The position numbers and the translations under genes are program-made. The notes beneath the pieces are model-generated. The model saw nothing but the letters and a program-made list of their open reading frames with translations. It was not told the origin of the DNA and did not search any database. This document shows, in pieces, positions 49,896 through 63,289 of a stretch of 64,000 bases of DNA (position 1 is the stretch's first letter; every line of letters starts with the position of its first letter). Source of the stretch: Eledone cirrhosa (taxonomy: Eukaryota); assembly GCA_964016885.1 (NCBI GenBank), contig OZ024741.1:132990001-133054000 (forward strand), given 5' to 3'.

Positions 49896-52800
49896 GTTTT
49901 TTTCTTTATTTTTTATTTGTAAATTATTTATACAATAGGGAATAAACTAGATCTACTAGTTAACTCGTTACAGTTGAGTCAATAATTTCAGATATGAAAT
50001 ACATTTTTATCGGTGAAGGAAAGACAAGATTCTAACTGGCTGCGCTCAAAGTGTCATTGACCCAGTTGACTGTGGGTTTTTCCATTTTTAGATTTCAATT
50101 ACCGGTTAATGTCTAAACACGCCTACACACCTGCTCAGACCTGCGGTCAGACCATAGTTAATGCTGTCTGCATGGTCATTCAAATGCATTCACACTGGCT
50201 GTCTCAGAGACATACAAATATGGCTTATAAAACTTACCAAAGTAAAGAGCCTTACCAAACTCCAAACGCCCCCCCTAACGCCCCCTTGCTCCAAAATGCT
50301 CCCCGAGGGTGCATATGCACCCTTTGTCTTAAAAAATGGTTTCTGATTTAGGCACAAGGCTAACAATTTTCGGAAGAGGAAAAACTCAATTAAATTGATC
50401 CCAGTGCATTACTGGTACTTTATTTTATCAACCCCGTAAGAATGAAAGGCATAGCTAACCTCGTCGGGATTTGAACTCAGAATGTAAAGGGACGAAGCTC
50501 TATCTCGCAAAACATTGTCCAGTGCTCTACTGATACTTTCAACAGCACCCTAATGTCTTAAATAATAAGAAAAGGACGTAATGGATAATGTAGTTCTTTA
50601 CAACCTTTAAAAAAATGGGATGATCACTGATAGAATGCCTTAGATCATAGGTCTACTTGATCTAAGTTTAACAACATTGATGCAGACATCAATCTCATCT
50701 TTACCTCGGCTTGTAGCTATGAAGATGGTGCTAAGATACAAAAATTGATCAACTTCTTCCAGAATCTCGTCATTATGTCTGCTTTTCCATGCTTGCATGG
50801 GTTTGGGCAGATTTTTTCCCAGCACAGCATCTCTCCACTCATTGCATTCCTCCGTGAACCTCAGAGATATGAGATCAGCTCTCACCACCTCCACCCAAGT
50901 CTTCCTTGGTCTATCTCTACTGCAGTTTCTTTCCACTGGGATTTCTTGGCATTTCTTCATCCAACATACACATCACATTTCCACACTAACAGATTTCTCT
51001 TCTGCACACGACCTCTGATTCCTCTTATACCCAGTTTTTCTCTCAGTTAATCCATGGTTTATCTTTCATGCGCATTAACATTGCACATCCATCAAAGCAT
51101 GCTCACTTCATTTCTCTCCAGCCTTCACATACCCTCTACATATTCATATATTCACTGTCCATGTTTCACTACCATGAAGGGAAAAGCAGATTGTAGCAGA
51201 AAAGCAGAAAAAGCAGGTTGTAGTTAATAGATATGTATAATGAAGATGCAGAAAAATGTGTTTATTTTAGGCAGAACATGATTGAAATGAATATGAGGTG
51301 AATTAGATAAGATGAAAAAGAAGAGCTTTGTAGCTGTAAACTAATTAAAAATACCTTTTAATTTCTTAATAGTTTTGTTGTAATATCATCATCTTCATTT
51401 TTACACCCCTTTTCCATGCTGCCACAGGTTGGAAGGGATGTTTTGAGACAATGTTTTACAATCAGCTGCCCTTCTTAATGTCAACTCTTTTAGACACCTA
51501 TTACCACAGGCAGATATAATGTACCTATTCTAAAAACCAGGATACACATGGTAATAGTGTTTACAATTTTGCCAAAAACGTTGTCATAGCTAAATATTTT
51601 GTAAAAGACACTCAGCAATAGACCAGCAGAAAATAGAGTGAAACAGAGTGACAGAAATGAGAGTGCAACAAACATAATAACGAAATCAGACTTAACAACA
51701 TACAGTATTTAGTTCCAGCTGTGTTCTGAATTTATATACAATCAAAATACATTTATTTTTTCATCCTTCTCAGATCAATAAAATAAATACCAGACTTGAA
51801 TTAAGGTCATTCCAATACAAATTTACAACCGTGTGCAGATGTACTGAATATTGAACACACACATATATATATATACATGATCAGTGTTAGATTTATCATT
51901 GTGCTTAGGTGTGCTTAAGTACAGGGCCCTGTTGGCTGGGGAAGGGAGGGAGGACCTTCCTGCCAAAAAAGAAATTTTTACAATGAATTTTTCAAATGTT
52001 TGGGGCCTCATAAGTTAACTAGCACAAGGCCCCATTTGTCCTAAATCCAGCACTGTACATGATGGATGCATCTTGATTCTTTTCTCACACATGGGTGACT
52101 CAAACATGACTTTTATTCCTGCCAAAAGCTTACATTCCTTTCTGCATATGCTGCAGTGAAAGAAAAAATAACCTTTTTCATCCATGGCCAGCCATGCCTA
52201 TGCAGCAGATATGAAAGATGTTTTGATCAAGGTATGTCTGTGCTTGAAGCTTTTGTAAGCGAAAAAAGGCCTTGCACTGGACCAAACCCATACTCTGAAC
52301 AACAGTGAAAGGTATCCAAAAAGAAGAACAGGTCAACATCATTGGCTGCCATCAAATCACAGGTTTTAGATCAGGATTTTCCTTCTCCTAGAATGGTGTT
52401 CTAACAAGGACTAAGGTTCTCTCACTCCTAGTGGGCTAACAGCACCCTCGGACACCAAACCGAGTATTTCTATGTTCCAGTACTTACACACATAATTATT
52501 TTTGTATATATATGTTGTAATGTCAAACTAAATATTGAAAACATTGCCCTCCAAAAAAGAAAGAACATGTTTCTCATTGATAACTTGACCTGATCTTAGT
52601 GAAACAATAGCATTCAAAGAAACCATGGTGGTGGTCTGCATCAGCAACTAGTAAGTAGAGAAAGTTCACAAAATGGTATAAGCTAGTTTGCGACATGGAA
52701 GAGGTTAGATCTAATGTTTTAGGGAAAGCTTTTTGCAAGAAGGATGGTGAATTGGCAGAGTTGTAGGGGAGATCAGATGTTTTAGGGGGAGCCTTTCATT

Positions 52801-53181
52801 AGAAGGAGTGTGGATTGGCAGTCAGTAGAGTGTTGGATTAAATGCTTAAGTATTTGTCCATGTCACTGCACTTGAGTTCTGCTTTCCATCATTTTAGGGG
52901 TTGATAAAGTACCAGTCCAATACTGGGGACTGATCTTGCTGTATCACTTTCTTTCATTCTCTCTCCTTTGGACTCCACTGGGTTTAAAATACCCAAACAT
53001 ACTGTGTGGGAGGATGGCACCTCTGCAACTCCATCAGAAGTGGTATCTGGTCTGTTTTGAGATTAGAAAGTCTCTGAAAAAATGAAACATGAACATCTCT
53101 CATTCCTTCGGTGACTTATCTATCAAATTGCTGGAATATCTTTAAGTATCTCACCTATTTCTGTTACCATCACTTAAAAGG

Positions 53182-53425
53182 TTAACCCTTTTGATACCAA
53201 ACCATCCAACACTGCCCTTGGTTCTATAGTATATCTGTTTGTTTTAAAGTGTTTATATTTATCTAAAAACCTTTCATGATAATTTTATGTAAGAACCTTT
53301 ATGTTCCAAGCACCAGCTTAATAATGAGAAAGTTAGTTACATTACTAAATCACTTAATTTTTTTTCCCAACATTAACTGAAAATCATAGTGTCTTTCATA
53401 AGAAATATGGTTATAAAAAGGTTAA
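53182..53425. mobile_element. Family A TTAA MITE, intact
   Basis: TTAACCCTTTTGATACC...GGTTATAAAAAGGTTAA. Confidence 0.78.
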
Positions 53426-54384
53426 TACTATGTTTGACTGTGCTTATGTCATATTTTTGTTGCTACATTAAGTAGTTAATCCTGGAAAATGTATAGAGTT
53501 ATAAAACTTCCTTTAATTATATACATTCTGAAACAATTTTTTTTATTATTACTGCGACACCCTGAACAAACTGAGTATGCAATGCCAATAATAGATATAA
53601 TTACTATTTTACAAAAGAGTTGTTCAGATACTTCTGACAAAGGTCAGTGAAGATTATATATTGAATTGATCATAATGATGACACAAGTATAAATTATTCA
53701 TCATTTTTTTATTTAATATAAACTAATCTGTTTTGTAATTTATTAATAAAATTAACTGTTTCTGTCCAGTAATAAAGAAACTGGCTTTACACTAAACATA
53801 GAGCTCAAACTTATCAAACTAAACATTTACTTCTAGTCGAAAACTAAACATGCTCCTTATCTTCTTCTTCACCCACTTATTCCTGGAAGGGTTGTGGGGA
53901 CAGAGTCCTCAAACAAGTCTTCCAGTTGATCCTATGAGAAGCAAACGTCTCATGTGATCTGGCTGGATCCTCAAGCAAGACCAGCCAAGCTCATAGATGT
54001 TATCTAACCATCTTGCTCAGGGTCTCATGCCAGTTAGCTTTGCCCATAAAATCTGTCCAATGATTCTTTTTATAAGACATTTTAATCATGTCCATAATAT
54101 CACAGCTGTGATTTCACAATTTGGAGAAGTAGCAGCTCTACTTGGAGCAACTCCCTGATCTCAGAGTTACACACTCTAGTGAGTAACATTACTCCTTTCC
54201 ATTAAAAAAAAAAGCGTCATACTTTTTAACACATACACACACTACCAAAATAACGGGAACTCATTTCAAACAAAAGGGGACCAAGAACAGATCCCTGTGG
54301 TACACCAGATGACATCTCATATGGTGAAGAATGCTGTCCTAGAACCGTGACTACCTCTTTTCGGCTGAGAATGAAAGATTTCAA

Positions 54385-56175
54385 AGAAATGCGCAGAACT
54401 CATTGCTGAGAGCTATGCAAGCATTTTTACTGTTGAAAACCAGAATGTACCATCTCCACCATCTCTAACATCAAATTCCATAAGAACTATAGAATTTACA
54501 CCTGCAATGTTGCGACGTCACCTTAAGAATAAGCGCAACTCTGCCTCCCCTGGTCTTGATGGTGTTACATAGCTGCTTCTCAAATGTGGGGGGTACTTCC
54601 TTTTGCACCAGCTTTCTTTCTTCTTTCAATACTGTCTCAACAATGGTGCTACTCCGGAGCAGTGGAAAACTGCCAGTGTCATTCTCCTATTCAAAAGGGG
54701 TGACCACACGTCACCTGTCAACTATCGTCCAGTCAGTCTTACTAGCTGTATTGCCAAACTGATGGAATCCTGTGTCAGAGAAACACTTTGGAACTTCTGG
54801 AGCTCTCATAGCCTCATCCGGCCCTCGCAGTTTGGATTTATCCCTAACTCGATCTGCTGTGATCAGCTTATCGAGTTCCTTGAAGACATTACCCGGATCA
54901 CTGACAGCAGCTCATGGGTGGATGTTGTTTACCTTGACTTCACTAAGGCTTTTAATTCTGTGCCACACAAAAGACTTATGGCAAAACTCTCTGCAATGGG
55001 TGTGAGGGATGATCTTTTTAACTGGTTGAAATCCTTCATTCTCAGCCGAAAAGAGGTAGTCACGGTTCTAGGACAGCATTCTTCACCATATGAGATGTCA
55101 TCTGGTGTACCACAGGGATCTGTTCTTGGTCCCCTTTTGTTTGTGGCATATATTAATGACATAGATGCCAACTTAAAGAATGCCACGGTACTGAAATATG
55201 CAGATGACATCAAGCTGTACCTTGAAATCAAAAGGACTGATCCTGAAATCTACAACTCTTTCCTACAATCAGACCTGGACACAATGCAGCAATCGATCAC
55301 AGACTGGCAACTGAAGATGGCTGTGGACAAGTGTACCACCATGCATTTTGGGAGGAAAAATCTAGCATCCACATACTCCCTCCACAACATTGATATCAAG
55401 AAGTCCTCTTGTGAACGTGACCTGGGCATTACTGTGAGCAGCGATTTGCGTTGGACAAAGCATGTCTCTAAGATTGCCAAGAAGGCCGAGGGTGTCTTGG
55501 CATCACTTAGCAAGACCTTTGTTAGCCGCTCTCCAGCCATCTATTTAAAGCTGTATACAGCTATGCTACGACCACATTTGGAATTCGCATCATCAGTCTG
55601 GAACCCCTATCTTGCTCGGAACATTGACCTCCTGAAAACTGTTCAGAGACGTGCAACCAAGTGCATACCCTCCATCAGACACCTACCATACTCTGAACGC
55701 CTTGCTTCCCTGGGCATGGATTCATTGAAGCTCCGACGTCTGGCAATGGACTTGGTAAACACCCACGAAGTTATTAAGCATCTCGCCAACAACAACCCTG
55801 AGCACCTTTTTGATCTCCATGTGTCTAACACACGTGGACATGCCTACAAAATCAGAAAACAGCCCAGCTCCCATGACTTTCGGAAACATTTTTTCACGCT
55901 CAGAGTTGCTGAAGCATGGAACAAACTGCCTGCGTCAGTTGTTAGCTGCCAAGACATTGCATCCTTTAAAACCCTCATGCTTCCCGAAATACGCCAAAAC
56001 TACACCTGATGTGCCCCTTCCATACACATGCACACGTGTATATCATGACTCATGCACTGTTCATTTTCCTGACGTTTGTACATTACCCTATGTACTATAC
56101 ATACACTTTTTGATGAGTTGTAGTGCACCTGAGCACTGTACACAATATTTCATTATTATTATTAATAGTATCTAC
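54385..56175 (+). mobile_element. CR1-group LINE, 5'-truncated, young
   Basis: Long RT frame, 3'UTR and (ATT)n tail. Upstream in-frame SPGLDG is followed by a stop and frameshift. Confidence 0.92.
54603..56009 (+). pseudogene. Non-LTR reverse transcriptase (ORF2 C-terminal 468 aa)
   Basis: NYRPVSLTS, QFGF, YLDFTKAFNSV, SGVPQGSVLGPLLF, YADD, ERDLG, RPHLEFASSVWNP, TRGH and WNKLP. No endonuclease domain is present. Confidence 0.93.
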
Positions 56176-56943
56176 TAGATAGCTTAATAACAGGAGATTT
56201 ATTTTGTCAAAATCAAAGTCAGCCTATATTTGTTAAGACAAGTAAACTAGTGGACTACAATAAAAATGTCAGACTAATTAACTACTATGATAGATTAAAA
56301 AGTCAACAAAACAAACAACAGTGTATGAAGCAATAAAATTAATTGTGCCTGCTTTTAACTCACAAATACATTATGAAATACATTTTTGCTATTTTTTTTA
56401 AATAGTTAAAATTAGCCCCAATGTCCAATAAAGAAACCAATATTTGATGTAAGGGAGATAATCACATAACATTAAGCATTTGTTGATTAAAATATTTTCT
56501 TTTTTTTCAATGATAGATTTAAGCAGTCAAGTTGACTATAATTCAATTTTAAATGACTATAATTCAATTTTAACATCTATAAAAAATAGACAAACTCTTG
56601 TCTTGATATTTTATATCTCTTCAGCATGGTTTACAAAAGACAGTAGCAGGACAGAAAATACAGCCCCATTCCACCAAATACTTCAAATCATTTCCGATTT
56701 ATATCTTGTCTAGATACAATGTTATTGTTTAGGCCCAAGTAAGCCTTGATCGAGTAGTTCTATTCTGTGTGTCAAGAACTACATTGCCCACAAACATGTC
56801 TGTGTCGTCCTTTTTGCAACTACATGGTATTAGCACCTTGGACAAGCATCTAATACAGCTTCTGGCTGACCATTTCTTTGTGAATAAACTGGATAGATAT
56901 AAATTGTAAAGAAGCCTGCACACAGGTTTTAGGAAAATATTCT

Positions 56944-57545
56944 CTTCTTCTTTGCCCACTTATTCCTGAGAGGCTCGTGGGGGTAGAGTCCTCAAACACC
57001 GTCCAGCAGGTCTTGTCAGAAGCAACCGTCTCCAACTGATCCAGCTGGATCCCCAAACGAAACCAGCCAAGCTCATGGATGTTATCCAACCAGCTTGGTC
57101 AGATTCGACCCCTGGATCTCTTGCCAGTTGGTTTTGCCCATAAATTCTGCCCAGCAATTCTTTCCCGAGATATTCTAACCACAATCCATAGTATTGGAGC
57201 TGTGATCTCTCAATTCGGAGAAGTAGGTGCCCTACCTGAAGTGACTCTCTGATCTCTGAGCTACGCAGTCTATCGAGTAACATTACTCAAAAGACGCTTC
57301 AGAAGAACTCCATTTTGGCCACTTATATTTGTGATCATATTCTTTCAGTCATTACCCAAGATTCATGACCATAGGTAAGGGGTGGCATGAATACCGAATT
57401 GAAGCTAACGAATTTGGCTTTTACACCTACCTCCCTTCTGATTACCGAATGCTGAAGCTGGCACATTACTGCACCAGCTCCTGCAATTTTTGCACTTAAT
57501 TCAGCCTCCTGTCTTCCATCACCAAGATATTTGAACTTCTCCACC
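56944..57545 (-). mobile_element. RTE-type LINE 3' fragment
   Basis: KFKYLG, LTYGHESW and IERSQLQYYG; homologous to 43110-43585; (GAA)n tail. Confidence 0.85.
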
Positions 57546-57754
57546 TACTTCATGGGTTTGAGAAAGTTCTAGATTAGTGACTGGTACAAATAAAACCATC
57601 GAAACTGCAATATGGTGAGAGGAATCAAAAAGAACCATACTACATCATCCTTCGCACAGGTTAACAAATATTAACCACAAAAATTATTCTGCCATGAGTA
57701 GAAAAGTCTTTTGCAGGCAGCATGTTGGAAACCCCTGGACTAGAAAATCAGCAT

Positions 57755-58250
57755 ATGGTCTGGCGGACAATATTAAACAGGAAAGGGCTGAAAATAGAGC
57801 TCAGGTGGACCCCACTTGTATGCTAAATTCCTCACTATATTCATTGTTAAACTCTAACTTTGCTGACTGCACCTCTGTACATGGCTTGTACTACCACAAC
57901 AATCCACTCATCAGCCTCTAGTTTCCTTAGAGCTCACCAGATTATGGAACAGGGGTACTCAGTCAAATGCTTTCACCAGATCCATGAATGCCATGTAAAG
58001 GGGACTTACTTTTAGCTACATTCTTCTGCAGTTACTTCACAAGGAAGAGGGCATCACTGGTTCTTTTACCCGGTACAAATCTGAACTGCATTAACACAAT
58101 CCCAATAACTCTGTAACTTTCATGACCTGGTCCATCAACTTGATGGCTCTATAGTTTGACACCATTCTGTATTACTTGGCTTTCAGCATCTCAGCAACTA
58201 TCCCCAATGGTCCAGCTGCTTTGCTTGTCTTTATATTCTCAATTGCCTTA
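57755..58250 (-). mobile_element. RTE-type RT relic
   Basis: Degenerate KAAGP.GIVAEML, FMDL.KAFD.VP and W..LRKL motifs. Confidence 0.6.
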
Positions 58251-59501
58251 CTTACTTACTACTAGTGCATGATTAACCTAAGGAGAAGGGGTAGTGCTTG
58301 TCTCACCAATGTAAAACTTTGATCATGAAGTTCACAACATTCATGTTTACATTAAAATTTATACATCACATTAGTCATTTGCAGTACGTTCTACAGTTTG
58401 CCAGTCTCTAGTTGCATGTTAATGAGGGAGGGGGGGGGGGGTTATTTTTGTAGTATTTTCTATTAGTTTATGGTTAAGAGCAATGCACATCATGTTTTGT
58501 TTCATGAGTTTTTTTAATGTGTTCGTCCATTCTATAAGCAAAATATATTTAGTTTTTGTAGTATACAAAATGTGTGGTTTGTGTGGTTTTGTCGTGGTTC
58601 TGTTCTGTAGTATCAGTGTGACTAAATATATTCTTATATTGCTCTATAGCCTAACTACTAATAGGTTGGGAAACCTGCTGTCAACTAATGTTTGTTTTAC
58701 AAACGAGATTTCCTTATTTAAATTGTTCTTAGTGATTGAGAATTTAAAATTTCGTCTAATGTGGGTTTGAACAAGCTTTTAAATTACTCTTAGTTATAAA
58801 AATTATATTCCCCCCTAAGAAATCCAATCTACCAAGATTTCAACCAGAATTTTCAGTAACGAGGGTAATTTGCGATCAAAGGGCAGTAATTCATGAATAA
58901 CTACAACTAGTTGAATATTAAAAAAAATACATTTCAATTTAGTTTAACCCTTTAGCATTTACTTTACTTTCTATATACTATTGTATGTTCATGGTAAACA
59001 CTTTATCTCACATAGTTATCTCATATAATATTGAATCTATGCGATTTTGATATTATTTATTCTGAGAACAATATCTTAACATCAGTATGAGAAGCTGGTT
59101 ATAGCTGGTTTGAACAGAAAGAGGTGAGAATTCTAGCCGGATACGGCCGGTTTAAATGCCAAAGATTTAAGCCCAGAGGCTCACCAGACTGGTGCTTATC
59201 TCGGTTTCTGTAACATTAAACAACTGAGAATACAAAACCCTCACCCCCAGACAGAACGCAGGCTCATCACCAAGCTCATCACAAAGTTGTGAGTGAAACA
59301 TCATATCTGTGTAGATGGAAACTGTTTGGTGTCAGATGGGCACAATGTGTCACATTAAGGGTACATGTGACTGTGGAAGATTCACTACTTACACATTAAT
59401 TTCATGAGCAGGGTATTTCATTCATCAAACAACTGGAACAATCATCATCGAAACTGACAGTGGCTCATCAATCGATCAATATTAACAAATTTATTACTTA
59501 C

Positions 59502-59610
59502 CAAATATCCAGAATATTTAAAGAATACTCAACTGAATGTTATTTTCAGAAGAAGAATTATTCAAACTTACCTGAAATAAACAAAAATAAACAGAATTAT
59601 AAAAAAAGTC
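59502..59610 (-). other. Candidate recursive splice site 1 (junction 59572|59571) with 70-nt RS-exon
   Basis: ttttttataattctgtttatttttgtttatttcag|GTAAGT; downstream donor TTG|gtaagt at 59502; the exon has stops in all frames. Confidence 0.62.
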
Positions 59611-59828
59611 TCATATATTTCAACTTTAAGGAATTTAAAATAAAATTTAAAAAAAAAAACAGAATATGTTTTTCTTAGCGGAGGAAACAAATTTCCTGGT
59701 AGACTTTGGTTAATACAAATCTATAATAGAAAACACTTATTCAAGATACCACACCATTAGACAGAAATCAAAACTATATGGTTGCAAAACGAACATTTTA
59801 ACAATACAGCCTTACTATATATAGTTTG

Positions 59829-59865
<37 letters not shown>

Positions 59866-60844
59866 TTTAAAAAGATTTTTATCAAAACTCTGTGTATCAT
59901 AGAACTGAGTACTATTTCAGGTAGTCTGATATCAAAAGTGCTATAGAGAATATGAAGCCGCAAGAGGGGAATTAGGATCAGTTATCAGCAATGCTGAATA
60001 GATCAAGGGACATAACTTACAATCAGAATTCTCTCTCTTACCGCATGTAAATTTTCAAAACTTCTTTCTGCTTGCATAACTAATTTGTTAATTATTGGTG
60101 AAATATATAACAAAAGACATTAAATGGTGATGATGCTGATGTAGATGATCTCATAACGATTTAGCAGAAAAAATATATATATATATATATATCAGCAGTG
60201 CTGCTTGGTATTGCCTGAGTGCTGAATACACATAAATTTTTTTTTTTTTTTTTTTTTTACATACACATCAATTATCAAACATACACTTGCAGTCTGAGTG
60301 ACACAAACAAACATAGGTACCCTGGTGCACACACACACACATATATACATACATTCTCCTCTCACCCCTCCCTCTTCCATACACCTCCCATCCTAACTCT
60401 CTACCATTCACCAGTTAAGTACACCACCTTAAACATACTTTTCCAATCCCTATCCTGCATACATGCACCACAACCTTCCTGACCCCCACCCAAACTTTCT
60501 ACACCTGATACACCTTTGTCCAACCAATGCATACAATCATGGTATGCATGGGTAACTGCTGGTCTTCCACAGACAACCTTGCCCAGATTTGTGCCTTGTA
60601 GGGGAACTTTCTAAGTGCAAATCCCATGGTTATTCATGATTGAAGAGGGTCTTTACCCTTTCATCATCACCGTTTTTACGTCCGTTCTTCCACGCTAGCA
60701 TGGGTTAGATGGGTTGTCCTGTTGTGGGTAGTGTCCGGTCGGCTGACCTTGTCTTGCTCATACGGGAACTGATTCTGGCTTGATTTCTACAGCTGGATGC
60801 TCTTCCTAACACCAGCCTCATTTAGTGAGTGCTGGGTGCTTATA

Positions 60845-61219
60845 TTTGTGGTCAATATTTTGCCAATTTTCACCAACTTCAAAATTCTATGTAAATGAGG
60901 TGCAAAAATATTTTCGCTTTGGAGGTGAAATTTCCATTCTATGAAAAAATATAGCTTTCAAAACAGTCGGAAATTGGTAAAAAAAAAAAATTACGTAATG
61001 GAGTTGTGAAACAAAAACCATATTCTAAACAACACTTAACATTTTAAATATAAAAATATTAAAACTTCATAAATATATTCTCCACTCATGAGAACTTCAA
61101 AACCGCACCAACTAAACATAATGTGTTGATTACCTGCCTCGGCTAATAAACAGGATTTGGATTTTTGACCATTTCTCAAACATAAAACAGCAGTTGGCTT
61201 ATACTCGAGTATATACAGT
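60845..61219. mobile_element. Tc1/mariner-type DNA element fragment
   Basis: Terminus GGCTTATACTCGAGTATATACAG+TA; the same terminus occurs at ~38965-38988. Confidence 0.5.
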
Positions 61220-61694
61220 AATAAGGAAATACAAAACATATCCTTCATAAAAATTATGAAACTGGAGCACAGTTGTGTTTTCAATATAACACACACACAA
61301 ACACACCCATACACACACAGAGCCGATCCTCTCACCCCACAACAAATTATCAAATGAACTAATTTTCAGCTCAATGTGTGTGTGAGGGATATACCATTCC
61401 ATATCTCCTTGGCATGCTGCCCAAATATAGGAGCTTATCACAAACATTTTGAGCATTGTGTAATATAAATTTCTGCAGTACAATCTACTGTACATCAAAG
61501 TTAATACATCATTTTTGTTTACCAGAAGCATGCTGGGTGAAAATTAATGTGCCAAGCTTCCATTAAGTAAGAAAAGCAAAACATTTTAATTTGAAACTAT
61601 AGTTACCAGCATGCAGATAACTATAACAATATTTGACAAGTAAATATAATAGCTGAATAAATTGGGTAACATACTTTACCCAGTCTATTCAATT

Positions 61695-62265
61695 TATCTT
61701 GCTCAGAACATTGACCACCTGGAAACTGTTCAGAGACGTGCAACCAAGCGCATACCCTCCATCAGACACCTACCATACTCTGAACGCCTTGCTTCCCTGG
61801 ACATGGATTCATTGAAGCTCTGACATCTGGCAATGGACTTGGTAAATACCCACAAAGTTATTAACCATCTCGCCAACAACAACCATGAGCACCTTTTTGA
61901 TCTCCATGTGTCTAACACACGTGGACATGCCTACAAAATCAGAAAACAGCCCAGCTCCCATGACTTTTGGAAACATTTTTTCACGCTCAGAGTTGCTGAA
62001 GAAGGGAACAAACTGCCTGCGTCAGTTGTTAGCTGCCACGACACTGCATCCTTTAAGCCACTCAGGCTTCCCGAAATACGCCAAAACTACACCTGATGTA
62101 CCCTTTCATACACATGCACACGTGTATATCATGACTCATGCACTGTTCATTTTCCTGACGTTTGTACATTACCCTATGTACTATACATACACTTTTTGAT
62201 GAGTTGTAGTGCACCTGAGCACTGTACACAATATTTCATTATTATTATTAATAGTATCAACTATT
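61695..62265 (+). mobile_element. Short 3' copy of the CR1-group LINE
   Basis: Nearly identical to ~55608-56175, including the 3'UTR and tail. Confidence 0.93.
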
Positions 62266-63289
62266 ATTAACTAAGGTGAATATTTTCAAATTTCTCAAAG
62301 CTTTATACGTCAACCAAACTTGTTCACATAACATAAAAAATTTTCTAAAATACAAAAAATTTGAACATTTTGACTATATATATTTTAGTCATATTCATTA
62401 TTATGGGCAGTGATGATACATGATACTGAAGCTATATGTATTGAAATCTCTTTTATGAAAGTACATTCTAATTTAATGTTTTGTTACCATGTTTCTAATG
62501 AATGACATTGCCTATGTTTTTCAAATAATTTTGAAAATAATGAAGAATTTGGAGGTGATATAACAAATATCTTCTATATTAAGTTGAAGTTTGGAACATA
62601 ACTTAAGAAATGTTCATAAGTTATGTTCCAAACATGATGATGGAAAATTTTTAGATAAATGATATAGTATGATCCCATAACTCCTGTTGGAGTCATAGGG
62701 ACACCGTAATGACATACTGCATTTCTTAAAACATTTTAAGCTTGGCAGAGCCCATCCCTTTCCAGGTCTAGGTAAATATAAACACTTTAAAACAAACAGC
62801 TTCATATCATGGAACCAGGGGTGTTTTCAGGCAGTTTGGTATCAAAAGGGTTAAAATTGCAGAAATGCCTATAATAGGCAATTAAATGAAAGAACAAAAT
62901 AAAAATTATATATGACTGATATTTTTACATCTCATCATCATCATCATCTTCGTTTAACATCCATCTTCCACACTAGCATGGGTTAGACGGGAGTTGTCCC
63001 ACTTGAAGCAAGGTTGGTCGGCTGGTTTTCTACGGCTGGATGCCCTTCCTAATACCAACCACATTTACAGTGTGGAACTGGGAACTTTTTACCGTGTTAC
63101 CTACACGGCCACATTACAGCGTGGACTGTGTGTTTTATTTGTTGTGACACCTACACGATCTCGATCTCATTATCTCCTTTATTTGGACTGGGTGTTGTGG
63201 TACCAACTTTACAGAGAGAGGGTGGTGTTGGTGGGAGTGGGAGGATAGGGTAGGGGTAGTGGGTGGGGTGTATATTTGGTTAAGAAGTG

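Larger units (their letters stand above)
48201..50322 (-). mobile_element. Decayed hAT (Charlie/Buster-like) transposon, probable autonomous relative of the 34477 MITE
   Basis: TIR-like CACAGCTTCTCAAC at 48201; subterminal sequence at 50170-50322 matches 34840-34995. The interval 48260-48520 may be unrelated sequence. Confidence 0.75.

Noticed and set aside
54603-56009. 468-aa RT ORF as an active or domesticated gene
   Set aside because: 5'-truncated, no endonuclease, upstream stop and frameshift, non-ATG start; best read as a recent dead insertion.
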